Source of the DNA: an uncultured SAR86 cluster bacterium
GTDB taxonomy: Bacteria; Pseudomonadota; Gammaproteobacteria; Magnimaribacterales; D2472
DNA length: 64,000 nt
Direction: 5' to 3'
Assembly: GCA_902628085.1 (NCBI GenBank)
Contig: CACOLO010000005.1
Location: 35,368-99,367 of the forward strand
Shown: in pieces, positions 19,138 to 27,372 of the stretch
How positions within the stretch are numbered: position 1 is the first letter of the stretch
How the letters are laid out: every line of letters starts with the position of its first letter
Program-made: the position numbers and the translations under genes
The notes under the pieces: generated by a model
What the model was told of the DNA's origin: nothing
Databases searched by the model: none
Seen by the model: only the letters and a program-made list of their open reading frames with translations

Positions 19138-20960
19138 AACTTATAAAGGGTAGATATTTAATATTAGTATATTGTCTTTTTTCTTTTAGCCTGATTTATT
19201 CACAAGAGAATGTCGCTAATATGGGCTTAGATAAAGAGTTTTTAGAAAGCTTACCTGATAATGTTAGAAGTGACGTTCTAAACGAGTTTAAAAATTCACA
19301 GAAGTTAGAAAATGAGAAAAAATATACAAATATTCCTTCGACGGCCCTTGAGAAGTCTGAGACATTGAGAAAATGGAATCAATTCCTAATTGAAAACGAA
19401 AATATTGAAAATAAATCAGATATTTTTGGAATCGATTTTTTTAGAAATTTTCAATCAACTTTTAGTCCGACTAATGTTCCAAATTTTGATGACAGCTATG
19501 TAATAGATTATGGTGACAAAATTCAACTCCAGATCATAGGTCAGATCAATTTTGATGAAGAAGTTGAAGTTTTGCGTGATGGGACCGTTATGATACCGAG
19601 GGTTGGAAATTTAAGTGTCGCTGGCTTACCCATTTCAGAAGTTAATAAACTACTTAAAAATGAAATTGCAAATAAATACATTGGCTCAGATGTTTTTGTT
19701 TCATTATCCTCTGTTAGAGATATTCAAGTTTCACTATCTGGCCGTGCATTCAGCCCAGGCATATATACATTGAGTGGTAATTCAAACCTTATTCATTTAC
19801 TTAACGTATCTGGAGGCATAAAAGATAATGGTAGTTTGAGAGAAATTCTGATTATAAGAAATGGTCAAATATTTCAGAAAGTAGATTTATATGATTTTTT
19901 CGTAGATGGAAATCCTCAGCTTGTTAAACAGCTTAGATCAGGAGACAGCGTTGTAATTCAACCAGCAAAAACAATGATAAGAATTTCTGGTGGAGTTGAA
20001 AGACCTGCTGTTTATGAATTGAAGGATGATGAAAATTTAGAAGATATACTTTATTTTGCTCAAGGATTTACTAATTTTGCAGACGAAGAAAATATAGTTT
20101 TAGAAGCAATTAAAAATAATAAAATTGTTTCATCAAAAATTTCAAGTTCATCTTTATCCTCAATAGAAGCAACTCATAAAATGGGAATTTATGTAAATGA
20201 ATTTAATTTATGGCAAGTTATTATTACCGGAGCTGTAAAAAATCCTGGCACATACTCAATAGTTGAAGGCGACAAGTTATCCGATCTAATCTCAAGAGCA
20301 GGCGGATACTTAGACAATGCCTATCCAGTCGGTGGTATGATTTTCAATGAAAATGCAAAGAAAATTCAAGTAGAAAATAATGAAAGAGCCTATTCTCGAA
20401 TAATTAAAGATATTGTTAATAACTTGTCATCTATTGCTCAACCTGCATCTGGTGGAAATTCCAGTATTGATAAGGTAATTGCAATACTGTTATCCGATTT
20501 AAAAAATAATAAACCTGACGGAAGAATAATTGCTGAATTTGATCTTTTGACTCTTGAAGAGAATCCTTCGAAAGATACCATTTTAAATCATAAGGATAAA
20601 ATTCACATACCACGCTACACTCAACAAGTATATGTATTTGGCGATGTTGGTTTGCCTGGAGCAGCAAGGTTTGATCCAGGGAGTAAATACGATGACTACA
20701 TTGAACAAAGAGGAGGCGCATTAAGCACAGCTTATAATCAAATTTTTATTGTTGATCCAAGTGGCAATGCTTCTGTTCATAACCTTTCCTCTGGAAGTAG
20801 GTGGTTGAGAGATTCTTCATCAGAAATATTACCTGGCTCCGTGATATATGTTCCTAGTGATGTTGGGGCTATATCTGGTTTGCCAGCGTTATCTGTAGTG
20901 GCTCCGATATTTAGTAGCTTTGCACTTACTCTTGCATCTTTAGCTAATCTCAACAATTAA
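19134..20960 (+). CDS. Outer-membrane polysaccharide export (OPX, Wza-like) protein with a Poly_export domain and multiple SLBB domains
   Basis: 608 aa. The TTG start gives the signal peptide MKLIKGRYLILVYCLFSFSLIYSQ. The PES motif is YVIDYGDKIQLQI...DGTVMIPRVGNLSVAGL. SLBB-like units repeat, and the C-terminus is a hydrophobic helix like Wza D4. Confidence 0.75.
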   Translation: MKLIKGRYLILVYCLFSFSLIYSQENVANMGLDKEFLESLPDNVRSDVLNEFKNSQKLENEKKYTNIPSTALEKSETLRKWNQFLIENENIENKSDIFGIDFFRNFQSTFSPTNVPNFDDSYVIDYGDKIQLQIIGQINFDEEVEVLRDGTVMIPRVGNLSVAGLPISEVNKLLKNEIANKYIGSDVFVSLSSVRDIQVSLSGRAFSPGIYTLSGNSNLIHLLNVSGGIKDNGSLREILIIRNGQIFQKVDLYDFFVDGNPQLVKQLRSGDSVVIQPAKTMIRISGGVERPAVYELKDDENLEDILYFAQGFTNFADEENIVLEAIKNNKIVSSKISSSSLSSIEATHKMGIYVNEFNLWQVIITGAVKNPGTYSIVEGDKLSDLISRAGGYLDNAYPVGGMIFNENAKKIQVENNERAYSRIIKDIVNNLSSIAQPASGGNSSIDKVIAILLSDLKNNKPDGRIIAEFDLLTLEENPSKDTILNHKDKIHIPRYTQQVYVFGDVGLPGAARFDPGSKYDDYIEQRGGALSTAYNQIFIVDPSGNASVHNLSSGSRWLRDSSSEILPGSVIYVPSDVGAISGLPALSVVAPIFSSFALTLASLANLNN

Positions 20961-23086
20961 ATGAGAATTTTTTTTTCTTAATTTTTTGTACATCATATAT
21001 ATTTGCTGATTACACCGATTACATTTATAAAGATAGAACTTCTTCATATAATTCTTTTGGGCAAACTGGATTAATACAAATTCCATCAGCAGAAACAAAT
21101 GATGAGGGTAGTGTTTTCTTGTCATATAATCAAAATAATGTCTATAAAATGACTACTCTAACCGTATCACCATTAGATTGGATGGAAGCAAGCTATTTTT
21201 ACTATAGACCATCAGATTTAATTTGGGGCACAAAAAGAGGTCAATATTTAGACAAAGGATTTAACGTTAAATTTTCACTTAAACCAAAAAATAAATACCT
21301 TCCTGTTATTGCTGTTGGAATAGATGATCTAGGTGGTACAGGATATTTCTCAAAAGAATACATTAGCTCAACTTATATTACAGACTTTTTTAAGATAACT
21401 GCTGGTATTGGCTGGGGTAAATTCTCAAGCCTTCAAAATAAAAAAAATCCTTTAACTTTTTTAGATGGTTTATTTGAAGAACGGTATCCAGAAGACAATG
21501 GTGCCTCTGAATCTGTATATATGGGAGGGACTTTCGCATATGATAGTTGGTTTAGAGGTAATGTAGGATATTTTGGTGGAGTAGAATGGTTTATTCCATA
21601 TGCAAAAGGCACAAAATTAAAAGTTGAATATGACCCATTTGATTATAATGACTTTACGGCAAATTATAGACCAGATGCAATAAATAGACTTAGAAAGAAA
21701 GATTCAAATTTTAACTATGGTTTAAGTTACAAAATTAATGACAATTTAACAGTTGATGTTTCATATATAAAAGGAAATACCTTTAATTTTAGTATCTCAG
21801 CTGGAATAAAAACTAATAAACCTAAGAAAAAAATTTATGGAAAGTCAAAATTAAATATTAGTAAATCAAAAACAAAGAATTCATTTTACTTAGACCTTTT
21901 AAATAATCTAAATTCAAACGCATCTTATCTTCAAACAGCAGATTTAAACGACAATTCCCTTGAAATAGCTGTTATGAATGACAGGTTTAAAAATCAAGTA
22001 AGATCATCCATTTATGCTGCAGAAATCTCAAAAGATATCTTAAAGGCTCATAATTTGAAACCCAAAAACATCACAGTTACTTCAATAAATGCAGGCCTTG
22101 AAATGAATAAAATTAAATTTAGATATGAGGATATATATCAGTCTAAAGATAAATTATTTCTTACAAAAAGAAACACACAACTTCTGCCAGGAGAGAATAA
22201 GAACTTTTTAGATGATGAGTTCAGACCAATAGTTAGATATCCTAAAGTATTTTCAACATATATTCCTAAACTAGTTACTCATGTGGGTACACCAAATATG
22301 CCAATATTGAAAGGTGTTGAAATTTCAGCTCAACATGAGTTTCAATTTCACAGGCAGCTAAGTATATATTCAGATGTAAGACTATCCGTTGCAAATGATT
22401 TTGATGATAAAATTTCAAGACCTGGTTCTTCACTGCCCCATGTAAGAACGGATATTGTGAGGTATCTTCAAGATGGTGATTTTTATATTAAAAATTTTCA
22501 ATTAGATTATTTTTGGTCACTTAAAAAAAATTTATATGGAAAATTTAGTGCAGGAATACTTGAGTCAATGTATGGTGGGGCTGGATTTGAAATCACATAT
22601 AAACCATTTTATGAAAATTTTTATGTAACACTTGATGCTTATGAAGTTAAAAAAAGAGATTTTGATCAAAGATTTAATTTTCTAGATTATAAAACATCTA
22701 CGAGTCACTTAGATTTCACATATCATTTTAAACCGCTGAACATATATGCAAGTATTAGTTATGGGAGATACCTTGCAAAAGATGATGGATTTACTTACGA
22801 CTTTTCTAGAAGAACAAGTTCAGGATTCAGAGCAGGGTTTTTCTTTACAAGAACTGATGTTCCTTTTGAAATTTTTGGTGAAGGAAGTTTTGATAAGGGT
22901 TTTTATTTTGAAGTTCCACTTAGTATCTTTTCTTCTAAACCCTCATTGGATAATGCATCATTCGGATTAAGGCCACTCACAAGAGACGGAGGAGCAAAAT
23001 TAGAATTAAATCGTACTGTAAAAAGTATTCTCTCAAACACGAACTATTACGAAATAATGGAAAATTGGGATGAACTACTTAACTAA
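20961..23086 (+). CDS. YjbH/GfcD-family outer-membrane exopolysaccharide protein; the 5' end is interrupted by a frameshift at a T9 tract or uses an unresolved start
   Basis: The track ORF (21119..23086, 655 aa) starts at an internal TTG. The same frame is open back to 20948 and encodes conserved YjbH N-terminal sequence (NSFGQTGLIQIPSAE). The ATG at 20961 directly abuts the upstream stop but is out of frame by 1 nt across T9 (20968-20976). Confidence 0.7.
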
Positions 23087-23612
23087 ATTTTTATTAGCGT
23101 TTCTAATAGCAAGTTGCTCATTTTTTGAAAATTTTCAAAACTCTAATAAATCACTGCTTGAGGGCAATTATATAAATAAATCAAAGTTTAATTTATCAAG
23201 TATTAATAATTATAGACGCTGGGAAAATGATGAAGGACAAGTTTATCTCATTGATAATGGCAAAGTATTTAGAACATATGGATTAGATAATAATTTTGAG
23301 ATTCTTAACTTTAAATCTTTTGATTTCAATGATCTTTTAATAACACCCTTAATTAACAAGAATTATTTAATAAAATTTTCAAATCCTTCTACAACATATA
23401 TTGATATAAAATATTCTTATAGAATTATTAATTATGATGACACTAAATTACATGGAGAAATAGATTTTATTGTTGAAGAGAAATATAACATACCTTTGAT
23501 ACGGTGGGTTGGCAAAAATTATTATTGGGTAAAAGGAAATAAAGTTATAAGATCCCAACAAAAACTGACTCCATTTTCAAAACCTGTTCATATATATACT
23601 TCAAAAAAATAG
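23070..23612 (+). CDS. Lipoprotein, possibly the GfcB/YjbF-family capsule lipoprotein
   Basis: 180 aa with the lipobox LIAS-C in MNYLTKFLLAFLIASCSF. It overlaps the yjbH-like gene by 17 nt. The family call rests on synteny and size only. Confidence 0.45.
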   Translation: MNYLTKFLLAFLIASCSFFENFQNSNKSLLEGNYINKSKFNLSSINNYRRWENDEGQVYLIDNGKVFRTYGLDNNFEILNFKSFDFNDLLITPLINKNYLIKFSNPSTTYIDIKYSYRIINYDDTKLHGEIDFIVEEKYNIPLIRWVGKNYYWVKGNKVIRSQQKLTPFSKPVHIYTSKK

Positions 23613-23633
23613 CGGCATATAGCCGCTATTTTG
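23606..23633. terminator. Bidirectional rho-independent terminator between convergent genes
   Basis: aaatagcggc (23607-23616) pairs with gccgctattt (23622-23631) across an atata loop. A-run and T-run flanks lie on either side. Confidence 0.6.
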
Positions 23634-23646
23634 AAAATACTATAAT

Positions 23647-24204
23647 TTAACCAGAACTAGACGAACTTGTTGTTGTAGTTGTTGTTGTCGTAGTAGTTGT
23701 TGGCGTAGTAGTTGTTTCCGGAGTAGTTGTTGTTTCCGTAGTAGTTTCCGGAGTAGTTGTTGTTTCCGTAGTAGTTTCCGGAGTTGTAGTTTCAGTAGTT
23801 GTCTCCGGAGTAGTTGTTGTAGTTGTAGTAGTAGGTGCCGGTGTAGGCGCTGGAGTCGGAGCCGGTGTAGGCGCTGGTGTAGGCGCTGGAGTCGGAGCCG
23901 GTGTAGGCGCTGGAGTCGGAGCCGGTGTAGGCGCTGGTGTAGGAGCTGGTGGCGGAACTGGAGTAGGTGCAGGAGCAGGAGCTTCAGCACCATCACCATC
24001 GTCACTAGCTGCAAGTAATGCAGCTGCAGCAGCTACCGCAGCAGCAATAGCACCAGTATCTAAATTAGTGTTTGAATCTTGTTCTGCTTCTTCTCCTGAA
24101 TCAGAATCTTCTTGAGCAATCACATTGTTAGGTATAAAACCATAAAGAAATGCAAAGATTGTACCCCATAAAACTTTGAACTTTGATTTAATAAATTTTG
24201 CCAT
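23647..24204 (-). CDS. Secreted/membrane Thr- and Pro-rich low-complexity protein, GfcA/YjbE-like
   Basis: The ATG at 24204 is preceded by AAGAGGA. MAKFIKSKFKVLWGTIFAFLYGFIPNNVIAQE is a signal peptide. It is followed by an acidic stretch, an Ala-rich hydrophobic segment, (APTP)n, (TTETTTPE)n, poly-T and SSSSSG*. The longer track ORF (to 24306) has no RBS. Confidence 0.6.
   Translation of the reverse strand: MAKFIKSKFKVLWGTIFAFLYGFIPNNVIAQEDSDSGEEAEQDSNTNLDTGAIAAAVAAAAALLAASDDGDGAEAPAPAPTPVPPPAPTPAPTPAPTPAPTPAPTPAPTPAPTPAPTPAPTPAPTTTTTTTTPETTTETTTPETTTETTTTPETTTETTTTPETTTTPTTTTTTTTTTTSSSSSG
23650..23982 (-). repeat. In-frame coding tandem repeats (12/24-nt APTP units and a 30-nt T/E/P unit), GC-rich relative to the background
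   Basis: ggtgtaggcgct and ggagtcggagcc alternate over about 23836-23950. tccggagtagttgttgtttccgtagtagtt is duplicated at about 23718-23780. Confidence 0.8.
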
Positions 24205-24394
24205 ATTTTCCTCTTTACCCTCACATGGATCTATTAGAATCATATTAGAACACATTTCTAGTATAATATTCAAGAAATATGATAAATATGTTTCAAAAAG
24301 AAACATTACATATATACAGTTCTAATTATATTGTTTTTACAAAAAATTGAAACAAATAATATCCTTATTTTTTTTACAATATAATACTTGAATT

Positions 24395-24471
24395 TGGTCG
24401 GGATGGCCGGATTTGAACCGACGACCACTACACCCCCAGTGTAGTGCGCTACCAGACTGCGCTACATCCCG
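24395..24471 (-). tRNA. tRNA-Pro (anticodon GGG), CCA encoded
   Basis: The reverse complement reads CGGGATGTAGCGCAGTCTGGTAGCGCACTACACTGGGGGTGTAGTGGTCGTCGGTTCAAATCCGGCCATCCCGACCA. The acceptor stem is CGGGATG/CATCCCG. The anticodon stem is CTACA/TGTAG with loop CTGGGGG. The T-loop is GGTTCAAATCC. Confidence 0.9.
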
Positions 24472-24517
24472 AAATAATATATAATAAGCTGATTCGCATT
24501 TTTTTATAATTTTTTTA

Positions 24518-26308
24518 ATGATCGTTCGTATATTACTTTTTTTAAGTTTTGTAACGCCTACCTTTCTGTTGGCCTCTAATGATATATCTATTGGTACAAC
24601 AAGCGGATTGGTTTATGCAAAAAAAACAAAAAATGTTTTAGTTTTTGAAGATATACCTTATGCCCAACCTCCAATTGGAAATCTAAGATGGAAGGCGCCA
24701 AAAGAAATCATTGAACAGGTACAGATATCTCCAAAAGATAACAACTATTGCATTCAAAGACCCTCAAACTTAGGAGGCGCAGATGGAGACGGTTTTTATG
24801 TTGGTACAGAAGACTGTTTATATTTAGATATATTTGTGCCAAAAAAAAACATTAAAGATAAAAAGCTGCCTGTTATGTTTTGGATTCACGGTGGTGGAAA
24901 TACTTCAGGGTTGAAAGATTTATACGATTTTTCAAAAATGGTGTCTAAACACAATGTTATTATTGTAAGAATAAACTATAGATTGGGACCTTTTGGTTGG
25001 TTTACTCATCCCTCTATCCAAGATTACCAATATGGTGACGATAAAACTTCTAATTTTGGAACTTTGGATATTGTAATGGCCCTAAAATGGGTTAAAAATA
25101 ACATCAATAAGTTTGGAGGCGACTCTAATAATGTGACAATATTTGGAGAATCTGCAGGAGGCCATAACGTTCTTTCATTATTAGTATCAAAAAAAGCCAA
25201 AGGCCTTTTTCACAAAGCTATATCTATGTCAGGATATACGACATCAATTTCAACAATTGATGCATTCTCTCCGTCTGAAAAATCTTCTACATCTAAATTT
25301 TCAAGTAAAAATGTAGTGAATGAACTCATAAAAAGAAAATATAAAGAGCAGAATCAAATCAAAAATGACAATCAAAAAATAAGAAAAATGCTTTTGAGTT
25401 CTTCGGCAGAAGAATTTTTTCAAATCTATGCTGAAAGAGAATCATATGAAGAAATACCTCTCTTAACAGCTGATGGAGAAGTTATTCCTAAAATTGGCCT
25501 AAAAAAATCCTTATCGGATAGCTCTCATGTAAATATTGTTCCAACAATTGCTGGCTCAAATCGTGATGAGGTAAAGCTATGGCTTGGTACAGCAAGATAT
25601 TTCGTAGATTTAGATTATTCTTTAATTGGTTCAGTTTTGAGCATACCAAAGGTAAAACTCAAAAATGAAAACTCCTTTGAGGCTTTCAACTATTACAGAA
25701 GCGCTGCATGGAAAATACGTGGCGTTGATTTTCCTTTAAAATCATTAGCCTCTGCTGGTAACAAAAATTTATATGCTTACAGGTATGATTGGGACGACCA
25801 TAGAAGGCTTGTTGTAGCGGACTTTAAGAAACTAATTGGAGCAGCACATGCAACTGAAATACCTTTACTTGCTGGAAACACAGACTTAGTAGGAGGTTAT
25901 CCGTTGTCTGATCTGATATATCCTCCGAGTTTTTCGAAGAGATTTACATCAAAGAATATGATGAAATTTTGGACAAATTTCGCAAAGACTGGAATTCCAG
26001 GAACTTCATCAAATTCAATTGAATGGAAACAATATCCTGCAAGTTCATATCAATCAGAATATATTATTTTAGATAAGAGAAAAAATCTTAAGATGGCATC
26101 AGATAATATTTCATTTAAATCACTCACAAACGAATTACAAAATGATAATAGATTGAGTGATTTAGAAAAATGTGTTGTTCTTCTTCAGATTTTTACTTTT
26201 GTTGGAGATGATGTATATGATCAAAATATGATGAATTATTCAGGTAAATGTTCAAGAGAGGAATCTACAAATTTTTTAATTGATAACGCAAGTTATGTTG
26301 AATACTAA
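24518..26308 (+). CDS. Secreted type-B carboxylesterase/lipase family protein
   Basis: 596 aa with the signal peptide MIVRILLFLSFVTPTFLLAS, the oxyanion region WIHGGG and the nucleophile elbow FGESAGG. Confidence 0.85.
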   Translation: MIVRILLFLSFVTPTFLLASNDISIGTTSGLVYAKKTKNVLVFEDIPYAQPPIGNLRWKAPKEIIEQVQISPKDNNYCIQRPSNLGGADGDGFYVGTEDCLYLDIFVPKKNIKDKKLPVMFWIHGGGNTSGLKDLYDFSKMVSKHNVIIVRINYRLGPFGWFTHPSIQDYQYGDDKTSNFGTLDIVMALKWVKNNINKFGGDSNNVTIFGESAGGHNVLSLLVSKKAKGLFHKAISMSGYTTSISTIDAFSPSEKSSTSKFSSKNVVNELIKRKYKEQNQIKNDNQKIRKMLLSSSAEEFFQIYAERESYEEIPLLTADGEVIPKIGLKKSLSDSSHVNIVPTIAGSNRDEVKLWLGTARYFVDLDYSLIGSVLSIPKVKLKNENSFEAFNYYRSAAWKIRGVDFPLKSLASAGNKNLYAYRYDWDDHRRLVVADFKKLIGAAHATEIPLLAGNTDLVGGYPLSDLIYPPSFSKRFTSKNMMKFWTNFAKTGIPGTSSNSIEWKQYPASSYQSEYIILDKRKNLKMASDNISFKSLTNELQNDNRLSDLEKCVVLLQIFTFVGDDVYDQNMMNYSGKCSREESTNFLIDNASYVEY

Positions 26309-26739
26309 TTTTTAAACTGATCTTTAAGTTTCAAAACATCTAAATCTTTAATCATTATTAGGTCAGCAAGTCTTCTTATTAACCTTTCCTCATCTACCTC
26401 TAATTTTCCGTCTGCATATGCAATTTTCCACATAAAACCTATTAAACTAAGCTTTTCATCTTTAGAGTAATTTTTGTTTATATCTTCAATAAATTCATAA
26501 AATGAAACACTATCGACTGAATATGTCTCTATAATTTTAATTATCTCGGATTCCGCTTTATTAACTTTTTTTGTAATTTTTTTAATTTCTTCCATCAAGA
26601 CATCTAATTCATCATCAGAAATTATTCCATCAATTCTAGCGATTTCATATGCCAGCACAGAAGCAGTTAGCTCAATTTCAAAACTAGCTTCAGCATCATT
26701 TTGAATTGTATTTTTATTTTTTTTAAAAAAATTAAACAT
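26305..26739 (-). CDS. TerB-family (tellurite-resistance-like) protein
   Basis: It has the TerB-like pattern ARIDGIISDDELDVL...IAYADGKLEVDEERLIRRLADL. I prefer the ATG at 26739, 1 nt after the upstream TAA, over the track TTG at 26757. Confidence 0.6.
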   Translation of the reverse strand: MFNFFKKNKNTIQNDAEASFEIELTASVLAYEIARIDGIISDDELDVLMEEIKKITKKVNKAESEIIKIIETYSVDSVSFYEFIEDINKNYSKDEKLSLIGFMWKIAYADGKLEVDEERLIRRLADLIMIKDLDVLKLKDQFKN

Positions 26740-26740
26740 C

Positions 26741-27334
26741 TTAGTTTTTAGATTCAATTAATTTTATTTCATTTTTGAGTTCGTCACGAATTTTTGTCTT
26801 CATGATATTGAAAAAAGTAGCAAAGAATATCATGATATCCAATCTTATAGACTTCTTATCAATATATAGTTTATCAATGTCAGATAATAATTTTGGATTA
26901 CTCATATCGTAACCCATAATTTGAGCAAGACCAGTTATACCTGGTTTAATTTGAAATATTTTTTTTTCTTTTCGAACTCTCAAAAGTTCTATTTGTGATG
27001 GCATTCCAGGCCTGGGACCAATTAAATTTAAATCTCCAAAAATATAGTTAATGACTTGTGGTAATTCATCGATTTTTAATCTTCTCAATAGGTTACCAAA
27101 CCTTAAAAGGTCATTTTTTGAAATATTATGTGTTCCAGTAATTGGTGCATTTTTAATCATAGTTCTTATTTTGAACAACTTAAATGTTTTTTCATTTTTT
27201 CCAATTCTATCTTGAACAAAAAATACAGGTATTCCATCTTCAAAAATAATTAATATACATGAAATTAAAATGACTGGGCTAAGAAGAATTAGCCCAATTA
27301 AAGCAAAGGCTTTAAGAAAAATACTCATAGTCAT
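26741..27334 (-). CDS. Initiating sugar phosphotransferase (small monotopic 'bacterial sugar transferase', PglC/WbaP C-terminal type)
   Basis: It has LILLSPV...FKLFKIRTM, DELPQ, LIGPRP and KPGITGLAQ motifs. I chose the ATG at 27334 because the 27388 start would overlap the divergent gene. Confidence 0.85.
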   Translation of the reverse strand: MTMSIFLKAFALIGLILLSPVILISCILIIFEDGIPVFFVQDRIGKNEKTFKLFKIRTMIKNAPITGTHNISKNDLLRFGNLLRRLKIDELPQVINYIFGDLNLIGPRPGMPSQIELLRVRKEKKIFQIKPGITGLAQIMGYDMSNPKLLSDIDKLYIDKKSIRLDIMIFFATFFNIMKTKIRDELKNEIKLIESKN

Positions 27335-27372
27335 TATTATATAGATATTAATTTTTAAAGTAGAATAGGCGC

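Noticed and set aside
23640-24014. A 124-aa minus-strand ORF (LQRLHRLRLQ...) and the appearance of regularly spaced repeats, checked as a possible CRISPR array
   Set aside because: The ORF is an alternative-frame artefact of the APTP/T-rich coding repeats. The repeats are contiguous 12/24/30-nt in-frame units with no unique spacers, so this is not a CRISPR array.
24205-24306. An N-terminal extension of the Thr/Pro-rich protein (track start at 24306)
   Set aside because: The extension (MFLFETYLSYF...) has no RBS. The internal ATG at 24204 has a strong AAGAGGA and yields a canonical signal peptide.
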